Positions 48,201-60,942 of a stretch of 64,000 bases of DNA are shown here, piece by piece. The stretch's first letter is position 1. The number at the start of each line of letters is the position of its first letter. The notes below the pieces were generated by a model, which saw nothing but the letters and a program-made list of their open reading frames with translations, was not told the DNA's origin and searched no databases. Location: positions 1 to 64,000 of the forward strand of contig JAPDFW010000093.1 of assembly GCA_028826165.1 (NCBI GenBank). The letters are read 5' to 3'. The DNA comes from Anaeramoeba ignava BMAN (taxonomy: Eukaryota > Protista > Anaeramoebae). The position numbers were made by a program, and so were the translations under genes.

Positions 48201-51200
48201 CATAATTGATTTAATGCTGGATGTACCTTTTTAATTAGTTAATTAATTAATTAGTTAATTTATTTATTTATTAATTAGTTAATTAATTTATTTATTTACA
48301 AAATCTATAAATTGAAGAAATGCAACTTGTGGATCTCCTTCTAATAATGCTCGACCTGCAGCAGTTCCAACTATTGTAGCTTCAGCAAGTGGAGAATTAG
48401 TTACTCTTTTTGGAAATCGAGTTGATAATCCTTTTGTAACTGAAAAAACTTCACCTTTCTATTTTTGATTAATTTTTGATTAATTTTTGATTAATTTTTG
48501 ATTAATTTTTGATTAATTTTTGATTAATTTTTGATTAATTTTTAAATTTTTGATTAATTTTTGATTAATTTTTGATTAATTTTTGATTAATTTTTGATGA
48601 GAATTTTTTAAATTTTTGATTTTTTACTGGATCTTCAATATCTTCTCCATAAACTGTAATTTTAGAATTCCTTTCCATTTCTTGTTCAATTGTTTTTGAA
48701 ATGCATTGTGCCATTGTTAATCCACCTTCTTTTTTAGGAAGTCTTTTTGGACGAGAACAAGTTTCATAATTTGGTAAATAAATAGGAAGTGGACTATAAG
48801 GACTACCAACTTCTTTTGGATTTGGTGCTTGTTTAGCTCTCAAAACAGCTTGATCAATAAGGGATTGAATTTCTTTTTTCATTTTGCCAAGTTCTTCTCG
48901 ACTGATTACATTCTCCGAAATAAGTTTGTCTTCATAATTTTTAACAGGATCTCTTTTTGCTATTTTATCAATATCTTCTTGTGATAAATATACTCTTTGA
49001 TCATCACTACTTGAATGACTAGATAAACGAACTAAATGTGCAAGAATTATTGCTGGTTGATTTTTCTCTCTTGCTTTTGCTACGGCTTTTACTGTAGATT
49101 CATATACTTTTTCTGGATCTGTCCCATCAATTTCATACATTTCACATCCCATAAACCATTTACTTCCATCATCTTTAGAAACTATCGAATTTGGAAAATC
49201 CCAAAAAGTTTTTCCTTTTGTTCTTGTTGAAATTCCAAGTTCATTATCTTCAACTAAGAAAATAACTGGAAGTTGCTTATCGACTGCTTGAGCAACAGAT
49301 TCCTAAATTTTTGGATTTTGATTTTTATTTTAGAATTTGATTTTGATTTTGATTTTAATTTTGATTTTGATTTTAATTTTGATTTTAATTTTGAATTTGA
49401 TTTTGATTTTGATTTTAATTTTGATTTTGATTTTGATTTTGATTTTGATTTTGATTTTAATTTTGATTTTGATTTTGATTTTGATTTTGATTTTGATTTT
49501 AATTTTGATTTTTATATTGATTTTGATTTTTATATTGATTTTGATTTTGATTTTGATTCTGAATTTTATTTTGATTTTGATTTTGATTTTAATTTTAATT
49601 TTAATTTTGATTTTAATTTTAATTTTAATTTTAATTTTAATTTTGATTTTGATTTTTGATTTTTGAGAAAACAAACCATAAATTCTCCTTGCCTTGTTGA
49701 AGCATCTCCAACTCCTGTAATAACAACTTGTTTATTACCAAAATCTTTTAAATGCATAGCCATTCCAACAGCTTGAAGTAAATTAGCTGCAACAGTACTT
49801 CCTCCAGCAACAATATGAAGTTCTTTATTATTATAATGATTTGGCATTTGTCTTCCACCAGAAGGTCCATTTGCTTTTCCAAAAAAATCCAAAAAGAAAT
49901 GATCTAAAGGAACTCCTCTTGTAATAATAATTGGTTTATCCTTTTTTAATTTTAATTTTAATTTTAATTTTAATATTAATATTAATTTTAATATTTATAT
50001 TGATATTTATATTTATATTTATATTTATTTATATTGATATTTATATTGATATTGATATTTATATTTATATTTATATTGATATTGATATTTATATTGATAT
50101 TTATATTTATATTGATATTGATATTTATATTTATATTTATATTTATATTTATATTTATATTTATATTTATATTTATATTTATATTTATATTTATATTGAT
50201 ATATAAATATTTATATTTATATTTATATTTATATTTATATTTATATTTATATTTATATTTATATTTATATTTATATTTATATTTATATTTTATATTTATA
50301 TTTGTATTTATATTTATATTTATATTTATATTTATATTTATATTTATATTTATATTTTATATTTATATTTGTATTTATATTTGTATTTATATTTATATTG
50401 ATATTGATATTGATTTTTATATTTATATTTATATTTATATTTATTTTTATATTTATATTTATATTTATATTTATAATTATATTTTATATTTGATATTTTA
50501 TATTGATATTTATATTTATATTGATATTTATATTGATATTTATATTTATATTTATATTTATATTTATATTTATATTTATATTTATATTTATATTGATATT
50601 TATATTTATATTTATATTTATATTGATATTTATATTGATATTGATATTTATATTGATATTTATATTTATATTTATATTTATATTTATATTTATATTTATA
50701 TTGATATTGATATTGATTTTGATATTGATATTGATATTGATGTTATTTATATTTATATTTAGATTTATATTTATATTGATATTTATATTTATATTAATTT
50801 ATATTTATATTTTTATATTTATATTGATATTTTATATTGATATTTTATATTTATATTATATTTATATTTATTTTATATTTATATTTATATTTATATTTAT
50901 ATTGATATTGATATTTATATTTATATTGATATTTATATTTATATTTATATTGATATTTATATTTATATTGATGTTATATTGATTTTTATATTTATATTTA
51001 TATTTATATTTATATTTATATTGATTTTGATATTGATATTGATATTTATATTTATATTTATATTTATATTTATATTTATATTGATATTTATATTTATATT
51101 GATATTTATATTGATATTGATATTGATATTGATATTGATATTGATATTGATATTTATATTTATATTTATATTTATATTTATATTTATATTTATATTTATA

Positions 51201-51540
51201 TTTATATTTATATTTATATTTATATTTATATTTATATTTATATTGATTTTGATATTGATTTTACTCGATAATATGGATGAATCCAATCTTCTTTTCCAAT
51301 TGCAAATGATGTGCCTATCATTCCTTCATGTCCCATACAACTCATTTGAAAAACACCTTGTCCTCGTCTTTTTAAAGCTTCTTCCTTTGTTTCTAATAGT
51401 CTTGATTTTTCCATTGCTTCTAAAAATTTTAATTTGAGTGATTTTGGAATTGAATTTCCAAAAAGTCTCAAAAATTCATTTTTAGGAAAGATTATTTGTG
51501 ATTTTGATTTTAATTTTAATTGTAAATTTAAATTGAGCAT
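45273..51540 (-). CDS. Single-chain 2-oxoacid dehydrogenase: presequence + E1alpha + E1beta + 2 lipoyl domains + E2 acyltransferase, about 1,204 aa; exons 51540-51265, 49940-49677, 49302-48628, 48458-48300, 48226-48146, 48084-48007, 47354-45273
   Basis: E1alpha: [18 protein letters not shown], ThDP motif [10 protein letters not shown]...[15 protein letters not shown]1beta: [43 protein letters not shown]. Lipoyl: EASKG and EANKG. E2: [16 protein letters not shown]. The alpha/beta and beta/lipoyl/E2 junctions lie inside uninterrupted exons. Confidence 0.93.
49941..51264. repeat. 1.3 kb intron of (TTTATA/TTGATA)n hexamer repeat
   Basis: Directly visible; source of the [12 protein letters not shown] ORFs. 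Confidence 0.93.
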
Positions 51541-51882
51541 TCAAATTTTTTGATTAAAAAAATTAATTATTTGAAAAAAAAAAATTGATAAAAAAAATAA
51601 AAGAAAAATGAAAAAAAAAAATGAATTAAAATTTTTAATTTTTTTTTTTGTTTAAATAATCCAATTTTTTATTTTTGGGGGATTATGATCAAAAATGATT
51701 AAAAAACCCCTAAAAAAAATTTCCAATAAAGCAAAAAAAAAAAACAACTCATTATTGTTTTAAATTTTTTGATATTTTTAGTTTTATTGTTTTAAATTTG
51801 ATCGAAAAAGGGATAAAAAAAATTTTTTAAAAGAAAAGAAAAAATTATTTTTTTTGGAATTAAAAAAAAAAGATAAAAAAAA

Positions 51883-54800
51883 TTATTTGAATTGTGATCC
51901 AAAAAGAATTGAAGGATCAATTTGTTTTCCTCTTCTTTTTCCTCCTTTTCTTTTTCCTTTTCTTTTTCCTTGATTTTGATTTTGATTTTGATTTTGATTT
52001 TGATTTTGATTTTGATTTTGATTTTGGTTTTGATTTTGATTTTGATTTTGATTTAAATTTTGATTTTGATTTTGAATTTGATTTTGGTTTTGATTTTGAT
52101 TTTGATTTTGATTTTGATTTTGATTTTGATTTTGATTTTGATTTTGATTTTGATTTTGATTTTGATTTTGATTTTGATTTTGAATTTTATTTTGATTTTG
52201 ATTTTGATTTTGATTTTGATTTTGATAGATTTCTTGTGTAATTTTGTTTATTTGATTTAATTCTTGATTTTTTGGAGATTTTGAATATAAAATATTTTTC
52301 TTTTGAATAAAAGATTGAACAAATTGATCAGTTGATTCACTTTCTCCGAGAAGATTAATAAAAGTTTGTCTAACTTTTTTATTTGAGATTTCTTTTGTTA
52401 AACAAAATTCAATTTCAGGAGGATTAGGAAAACCAGCTAAAGAATCCATTTTTTGGTAACACCAATTTAAAAATTCTTGACGAGGATTTAAAGGATGTAA
52501 TTTTTTATTTTGCTTTTGCTCTTCTAATTTTCTTTGCTTTTCTTTTTCTTCTTCTAATTTTCTTTGTTTTTCTTTTTCTTCTTCTAATTTTCTTTGTTTT
52601 TCTTTTTCTTCTTCTAATTTTCTTTGTTTTTCTTTTTCTTCTTCTAATTTTCTTTGTTTTTCTTTTTCTAATTTTTTTTGTTTTTGTTTTTCTTCTTCTC
52701 CTTGTTTTTTTGTTGTTTCTGTTGTATAACTCCATAATGTATCTTGTTCAAATTCATCACTTTGTTTTTGATTCCAAATTTCTTTATTTCTATTTTTATC
52801 CTTATCTTTTGAAACTTTTTGATTAACTTCTTTTTTTGATTTTTGAGGAATTTTTTTATCAGAAGATTCTTGAATTTTTTGGAAAGAAGGAGAAAGAACA
52901 TTTTCAGAAAATTTGCCAAGTTTTGGTTGAATATCTGTTAAAGGAATTGATTGGTCTTGTTGATTTGAAGGGATGAATTTCAATGAAACTTTTGATGATT
53001 TCGGTTGTTCTTGTTGTTGTTGTTGTTCTTTTTAATTTGTTAAACGATTGTTCTTTTTCAATTTCTTCAAAACTTGGAACTTTTTTTGATGTCATTTGCA
53101 CATCCCAATCATTTCTAATTGAAGTGATTACTGGAGATTTTTGTTGTTGTTTCATTTTTTCTTTTTGCTTCATTTTTTTCTCTTTGATTTTTGCTCTTGC
53201 TTTTTCCTTAGCTTTTGTTCGCGAAACTGTAAGTGTTTTTGGTTTTTGTTGTTGTTTTTGGAGTTCTGCTTGTCGAAGTTCTTCTTGTTGGATTTCGAGA
53301 ATACTCATTTGATAAAGTTGTGAAGTTTTTGGAATATTCCATGCATTTGGAATTTCGTTTGAATCCTTTTTTGCTTTTGCTTGTGCTTGTGCCTTTTTTT
53401 TTCTTGTATTTTCTTTTTGTTTTATTGCTCTTTTTTTGTTTTCTTCTTCTTTTTGTTTTTCCATTTGTTTTTGTTTTTGTTTTTGTTTTTCTATTTCTTG
53501 CTCTTGTAAGATTTGTTCTAAATCAGGAACATCTTCTTGTTTTTTTTCCCAAGTTTCTTGTTTTTTGGGTTTTTGTTTAGTTTGTTTTTTGGGTTTTTTT
53601 TCTTTTTTGGGTTCCAAATCTGGGATAGATTTTGTTAGGAAATCTGTGATAGAATATTGTGGTTCGTTGTTCTTTTTTGGTTTAGTTTGTTTCTGTTCGA
53701 TATTGGTTTGTTTTTTAGGAGATTGAGATTTAGTTTGAATTGGTTTTTGATTTTGTTGATTTTGATTTTGATTTTGATTTTGTTTTTGTTTTTGCTGATT
53801 TTGTTTTTTCTTCAGTTGATTTTGATTTTGTTTCTGATTTTGTTGATTCTGTTGATTTTGTTTTTGTTTCTGTTGATTTTGTTTCTGTTGATTTTGATTT
53901 TGATTTTGATTTTGATTTTGATTTTGTTTTTGATTTTGTTTTTGTTTTTGCTGATTTTGATTTTGTTGATTTTGTTTCTGTTGATTTTGTTTCTGATTTT
54001 GATTTTGTTTCTGTTGATTTTGTTTCTGTTGATTTTGTTTCTGTTGATTTTGTTTCTGTTGATTTTGTTTCTGTTGATTTTGTTGCTTTTGATTTTGTTG
54101 ATTTTGATTTTGTTTTTGTTGGTTTTGTTGATTTTGTTGATTTTTTTCTAATTGAATTTTTGATTTAGAATCCTCAAATGATTTGTTAGTATCCGTATTC
54201 TCATTTATTTTATTAAGTTCTTTTTGTATATTTTTTTCAATATCTTCTAAATTTAATTCTTTTGTTTCTAATTTTGGCATTAGTTCTTTTTTAATATATT
54301 CTCTAATATCTTTTTTAATTTCTTCTTTAATTTGTTGTTTAATTTCTTCTTTAATTTGTTCTTCTTTTTTAATTTGTTCTTCTTTTTGAATATCTTTTTC
54401 TAAATCTTGAATACTTATAACTTTTTCTTTGGAATCTTCTTCTTTAATATCTTCTTTTTTAATTTCTTCTTTTGAATCTTCTTTAATATCTTCTTCTGAA
54501 TCTTGAATACTTATAACTTTTTCTTTGAATCTTCTTTTTTAATATCTTTTTCTAAATCTTGAATACTTATAACTTTTTCTTTGGAATCTTCTTTTTTAAT
54601 ATCTTCTTTTTTAATATCTTCTTTTGAATCTTCTTTAATATCTTTTTCTAAATCTTGAATACTTATAACTTTTTCTTTGGAATCTTCTTTTTAATATCTT
54701 CTTTTTTAATATCTTCTTTTTTAATTTCTTCTTTTGAATAAATCTTGAATATTTTTTTGAATCTTCTTCTCTAATTTCTTCTTTTTTAATATCTTCTTTT

Positions 54801-56302
54801 TTAATTTCTTCTTTTGAATCTTTTTCTAAATCTTGAATGCTTATAACTTTTTCTTTGGAATCTTCTTTTTTAATATCTTCTTTTTTAATATCTTCTTTTG
54901 AATCTTCTTTTTTTGATCTGGTTTTTCGATTAGTTGGTGATTTTTTCTTAGAATTTTCTAAAGCGGATTTCGGTTTATCTTTTTGATCTTTTTTTATATT
55001 TTGAATTTTGATTTAATTTTGATTTAATTTTGATTTAATTTTGATTTAATTTTGATTTAAATTTGATTTAATTTTGATTTAATTTTGGTTTAATTTTGAT
55101 TTAATTTTGATTTAAATTTGATTTAAATTTGGTTTAATTTTGATTTAAATTTGATTTAAATTTGATTTAAATTTGATTTAAATTTGATTTAAATTTGATT
55201 TAAATTTGATTTAAATTTGATTTAAATTTGATTTAAATTTGATTTAAATTTTTTGATTTAAATTTAATTTTGATTTAAATTTGATTTAAATTTGATTTAA
55301 ATTTGATTTAAATTTGATTTAAATTTGATTTAAATTTGATTTAATTTTGATTTAATTTTTGATTTAATTTTGATTTAATTTTTATAAAGAAAGATAATTT
55401 ACTTTTTTGAGTTTTTCTTTTCTGATTTACTTTTTCTGTTTGATTTCCAGAAAAATTTTTTGATTGAAAATTTTGAGTTTGATCTCTATTTCTCCAATTT
55501 TCTCTTTGATTTGAATTTTTTGGAGACATTTTTTGATTAGATTGATATTGAAAAAACTCTAAAATCAAAAGAAAAAACAAATTTTAAATAAAAATAATAA
55601 ATAAGAAAAAAGAAAAAAGAAAAAAAATTTTTTTAAATTTTTTCAATTAAAAAACAAATAAAAAATAATTTATACTTCTTTCTTCTTCTCTGAATCTGAA
55701 ACTATTTACATTTTGTGGCATTTCAAAAGGAAGAGCATTAACTGGATGAAGAGCAATTTGACTTGTTAGATAATCAGTAACAGTATATTTAGTATCAAAT
55801 GAAACAGTTGAAGTATAAATTATAAGTAATTCTAGTTTTGAATAACGTAAAATTTCTTTTTCTTTATTTTCTTTATTCTCTTTATTCTCTTTATTATCTT
55901 TATTATCTTTATTATCTTTATTATCTTTATTATCTTTATTATCTTTATTCTCTTTATTCTCTTTATTATCTTTATTTTCTTTATTCTCTTTATTTTCTTT
56001 ATTCTCTTTATTATCTTTATTATCTTTATTATCTTTATTCTCTTTATTATCTTTATTATCTTTATTATCTTTATTCTCTTTATTTTCTTTATTATCTTTA
56101 TTATCTTTATTCTCTTTATTTTCTTTATTATCTTTATTCTCTTTATTATCTTTATTTTCTTTATTCTCTTTATTCTCTTTATTATCTTTATTATCTTTAT
56201 TCTCTTTAATTTCTTTATTATCTTTATTATCTTTATTCTCTTTATTATCTTTGAAAAATGAAAAATTTTATCTTTTTTAATTTCTTCTTTTAAATTTGAC
56301 AT
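51883..56302 (-). CDS. GIGYF/Smy2-like translational repressor homologue with no visible GYF domain; introns 55675-55559 and 55402-54988; several frameshifts as assembled
   Basis: N-terminal LRYSKLELL (YxxxxL-hydrophobic) followed by LHPVNALPFE...NVNS, internal MSILEIQQEELRQ, C-terminal EFLNWCYQKM...LLGE...FVQSFIQKK and KRRGKQIDPSILFG, all resembling GIGYF family motifs. The model needs indel corrections near 56250, 54540-54760 and 53030. Confidence 0.68.
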
Positions 56303-56305
56303 TAT

Positions 56306-56347
56306 AAAAATGAAAAATGAAAAATGAAAAATGAAAAATGAAAAATG
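56306..56347 (-). promoter_or_regulatory. Six tandem CATTTTT (TTTTTCA) initiator-like units directly upstream of the GIGYF-like ATG
   Basis: (AAAAATG)6 on +, 3 nt from the ATG at 56302, in a 136-bp divergent spacer shared with VPS11. Confidence 0.55.
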
Positions 56348-56438
56348 AAAAATTTTATTTCTTTTTTAGAAAGAATTTTTAATTTTTTTTGGATTATTTT
56401 TATTTTTTTTTTTATTTTTTTTTTATTTTTCATTTTTA

Positions 56439-59400
56439 ATGCTTCATTGGAGAAGATTTCAATTTTTTAATAAAGAAATTGTTCAAGATCCAACAACATC
56501 TAAACCAACAAACCTTTTAAAAGAATTAAGTTATACATGTTGTTCATCTGGAAAAGGCAGATTAGTTTTTGGAGGTAAAAAAATTTAATAAAAAAAATTT
56601 AATAAAAATTTAAAAAAAATTTAATAAAAATTATTTTAGATTCTTCTGGTTTAATTCATTTTGTCAATCGTCAATTTCAAATTTATGAATCATTTCAAGC
56701 TTTTAAGAATAATATCTCAAATATTTATCAATTAAAACAAAGCAATATTCTTATTTCTATTGGTCAAGATTCTGAAACAGAACATTCACCTTATTTAATT
56801 AAAATATTTAATCTTGAACAAAAAAATAAAAAAGGAGTTTATCCTATATTAAAAGAGTTGAAAATTTATTCAGGAAAATATCCAAATGTTAAAGTAAAAT
56901 TTAAATTCAAAATTAATTTATAAATTTAAATTAAAATTCATTTATAAATCAAAAATAAAATTAATTTATAAATTTAAATTAAAATTCATTTATAAATTAA
57001 AATTAAAATTTCTTTATAAATTAAAAATAAAATTAATTTATAAATCAAAATTAAAATTAAAAATAAAATTTCTTTCAGGTTTCTGTATTAGCTGTTGAAG
57101 AAAATTTGACTAAAATTGCATTAGGTTTAGAAAATGGAGCAATTGTTTTAATTCATGGTGATATTTTACGAGATAGATTTTCTAAACAAAAGTTAATTAG
57201 AAATCCAAATTTAGATTTAGTTACAAGTAAAAAATCTTTTTATCTTTTAAATTTAAAATTAAAATTAAAATTAAAACTAAAATTAAAACTAAAATTAAAA
57301 CTAAAATTAAAACTAAAATTAAAATTCATTTATAAATTAAAATTTAAAATTAAAATTAAAATTAGACTTAATATTTCTTACCAATTCAACTGAAATTGCA
57401 AATCAAAATGAAATTCTTTATTGTGCTACAAATCAATCAATAATTGCATATACTTTAATTAAAGGAGTTGCTCAAGAAAATATTTTAGATATTAATGGTT
57501 CTAAAAAAGATTGTACAGCATTATCTCAAAATGGAAATTTAATTGTTGGAAGAGATGAAGTATAAAATTAAAATTTAAAATTAAAATTAAAATTAAAATT
57601 AAAATTAAAATTAAAATTAAAATACATTTATAAATTAAAATTAAAATTAAAATTAAAATTAAAATTAAAATTAAAATTAAAATTAAAATTAAAATTAAAA
57701 TTAAAATTAAAATTAAAATTAAAATTAAAATTAAAATATAAAATTTAAATTTAAAATTAAAATTCATTTTGAAATTAAAATATAAAATTAAAATTTAAAA
57801 TTAAAATTAAAATTAAAATTAAAATTAAAATTAAAATTAAAATTAAAATTAAAATTAAAATTAAAATTAAAATTAAAATTAAAATTAAAATTAAAATTCA
57901 TTTATAAAATTAAAAAAAAGGCTGTTTTCTTCTTCACTCCTGATGGTTTAGGTCCTTGTTATGGATTTTCTGGTGAAAAAACTTTCATTTATCAATTCAA
58001 AAGTTATTTACTAACAATTACAAAAGGAGAAAAAGTAAATAGTATTTATTTTTATGACTTGAAAAACAAACACATTGCTTTTACAACAAATATGCTTACA
58101 GATTGCAAGTATATTCTAAGTGAATGGGGAGATCTATATCTTATTACATCAGATAATTCTGTATATGATAATATTATTAATATTTTAAATTTAAATTTTT
58201 AATTAAATTTTCATTTAAAATTTTTAGATTGTTAAACTTCAAGAAAAAACACTTCCAACAAAATTGGAAATTCTCTTTCAAAAGCATTTATATAATATTG
58301 CTATTGATTTGGCAAATTCACAAAATTATGATCCAAATGCTATTGCTGATATGTTTAAGAAATATGGAGATCATTTATACAGGTTTATTATAAAAAAATT
58401 ATATTATAAAATTAATATTATAAAAAAATTATATTATAAAATTATATTAAAAAATTATATTATAAAAATTAATATTAAAAAATTAATATTATAAAAATTA
58501 ATATTATAAAAAATTATTATAAAAAATTAATATTATAAAAAATTAATATTATAAAAATTGTGATTTATTAGTAAGGGTGATTTTGAAGGTGCTATTGATC
58601 AATACTTACATACAATAGGAAAATTAGAACCTTCATATGTTATTATGAGATTTTTGGAAGCTCAAAGAATTCAAAATTTAACAAAATATCTCCAAGTTTT
58701 GCATCAAAGAGGTCACGCTCAATCAGAACATACAACTTTATTATTAAATTGTTATACAAAACTTAAAGATCTCGAAAACTTAGAAAAATTTATTAAAGTT
58801 TGAAATTTATTATAGAAACAAAAATCAAATTCATAAACTAAATTTTTGGAAAATACAAATTATTCTGTTGTTTTTGATAATTTAGGGGAAATCGGATCAT
58901 GAAACAGATAAAAAAGAAGGAGAAAAAAAAGCAGAATTACAAGAAGAAGAACCAACATTTGAAATTGAACCAGCAATTAGAGCTTTAAGAAACGCTGGCT
59001 ATTATCAATTAGCACTTTATCTTGCAAAAAAAAATTCTGAACATGAAATTTGTATTCAAATTCTTGTTGATGATTTGAAAGATGCTAAAAAAGCACTTGA
59101 ATATATAAAGACACTTGATTCAAAAAATGTTTGGAATAAAACCAAAAACATGACATTAGAAAATATTAAGTTAAAAAAATGATTTCTTGTTTTAAAACAA
59201 AAATAGTCTGAAAAACTCATTAAAGATTATGGACTTCCTCTTGTTAAAAATCTTCCAAAAGAAACAACCGAATTGATAATTGGTTTATGCTCAGAAAGCA
59301 TACAAGCAGAAAACGACTCACATTTTTTTGAAAATGATAATTCTTCTCATAGAGAAAGTTTAACTGCAGTTGATCCACTTAGTTCAGGATTATCTCAACA

Positions 59401-60778
59401 AAGAACTTCGGATGTGATGGAAACCATTTTAGATAATGAAAATGATCAAGAAAACTTTTGGGATTTAGATGCTCAAAAAGAGAAATTATTTGCGAAAGTA
59501 ATTTTTTTTTTTTCAATTTGGAATAATTATAAGAAAAAGAAAGAAAATATTTAGAGATTAATTGTTTAATTTATAAATTTAGCCAAAAAAAATCCAAGAG
59601 AATAAACCAAGACAATATGATCATCAACATTCATCTAAACCTGAAGAATTTATTCATTTATTTGTTGAACAACCAATTTATTTAGTAGATTTTCTGGAAA
59701 CAATGATCTCAAAAAGACCAGATTCTTCACCTTTAGTTTATAATACTTTACTTGAATTATATCTAAGTGATGATGTAAAAAAAAAAAAAGAAAAGAAAAG
59801 AAAAATTTTGAAAATGTCTTGTTTTTGAATTTTTTCTCATTTTTATATTATTCATTTACTTAAAAATTTTTTCTTTTTAATTTCCAAAAGATTATCGAAG
59901 ATTCTCAAACAATTTCCAAAGAGGAACAAAAAAAACAGAATTATGATAAAGCACTTGCAATTCTGAAATCAAACCAATCAAATTATGATGTTGAACAAGC
60001 ATTAGTTTTAGTTCAAATGCACAATTTCCAAGAAGGAATCATCCTTCTTCTTGAAAAAAAACAGTTATATAATGAAATTATCCAAAAATACATTGCGAAC
60101 AATGAGGATGAAAAATTGATGAGAACATGCAAACAAGTTTCTGAAAACGATCCAAATTTGTGGTTGAAAGTATTGGAATATTTCTGTTCAAAAAGTGAAG
60201 TTGAAGAATCGAAAATATTAGATGTTTTGGAAGAAATTGAAAAACAAAGTTTGATTCCACCACTTTTAGTTCTTCAAGAATTAACAAAAAACCCAAAAAT
60301 CACAGTTAAAATTGTGAAGAAGTATTTGATAAAACAAATCGAATCTGAAATTGATGTTATTGAAAAGGATCAAAATCTCATTGAAAAAACAGAAAAGAAA
60401 ATCAAGGAAACCAAAGAAAGTTATCAAATACTCAAAACTCAACCCAAAATATTCCAACAAACAAAATGTTCAATTTGTTCAAATATGTTGGATTTACCGC
60501 TTGTTCATTTTCTTTGTGGTCATTCTTTCCATCTTCGTTGTTTAACAGAAAATGAAAATTATTGTCCTCTTTGTCAAGATTCAATGTCTCAAATTGATGA
60601 TATGAAAAATGCTTTAATTAGAAGTAATGTTGAACATGATGAATTTGATAAACTTCTCAAGAATTCTTCTGACGGTTTTGAAGTTATTTCAGGTTATGTT
60701 GGAAGAGGTTTACTCACTAAATATCGAAATAAGAAATTAATACCAACAAGAAATGATTATTTAAATTTGAAATTTTAA
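56439..60778 (+). CDS. VPS11: Vacuolar protein sorting 11 (HOPS/CORVET core), multi-exon
   Basis: MLHWRRFQFF start, YGDHLYSKGDFEGAIDQYLHTIGKLEPSYVIMRFLEAQRI, HTTLLLNCYTKLKD, RING-H2 CSICSNMLDLPLVHFLCGHSFHLRC...CPLC, C-terminal DGFEVISGYVGRG. Confidence 0.96.
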
Positions 60779-60942
60779 ACCAAAACAAGACATCAAGAAC
60801 AACAAAAAAAATTAATTAATTAATTAATTAAAAAAAAGAAGAAAATTTATTTGATTGTGATTGCGAGTAATGAAATCAACAAAAAAGTTTAAAAGATTGA
60901 ATTTTTCTTTTCTTTTTTTCTTTCTTTATTCATTTAAAAGTT

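Noticed and set aside
49273-51437. Many 60-240 aa ORFs such as ILILIL, FDFDFD, KIKIKI, LILN here and across the window
   Set aside because: They are translations of intronic or intergenic 6/12-mer repeats, or alternative frames of N/Q coding repeats.
52904-53060. Euplotes-style programmed +1 frameshift at the stop of ORF 52904-54280
   Set aside because: The natural EQQQQQEQPK reading begins about 40 codons before the stop, at an A-run near 53030, which points to an indel error.
55832-56302. ORF-track protein MSNLKEE...(KIIKRI)n as a basic peptide gene
   Set aside because: The neighbouring frame gives DNKENK repeats running directly into the GIGYF-like 4E-binding region, so this is better explained as a frameshifted 5' end.
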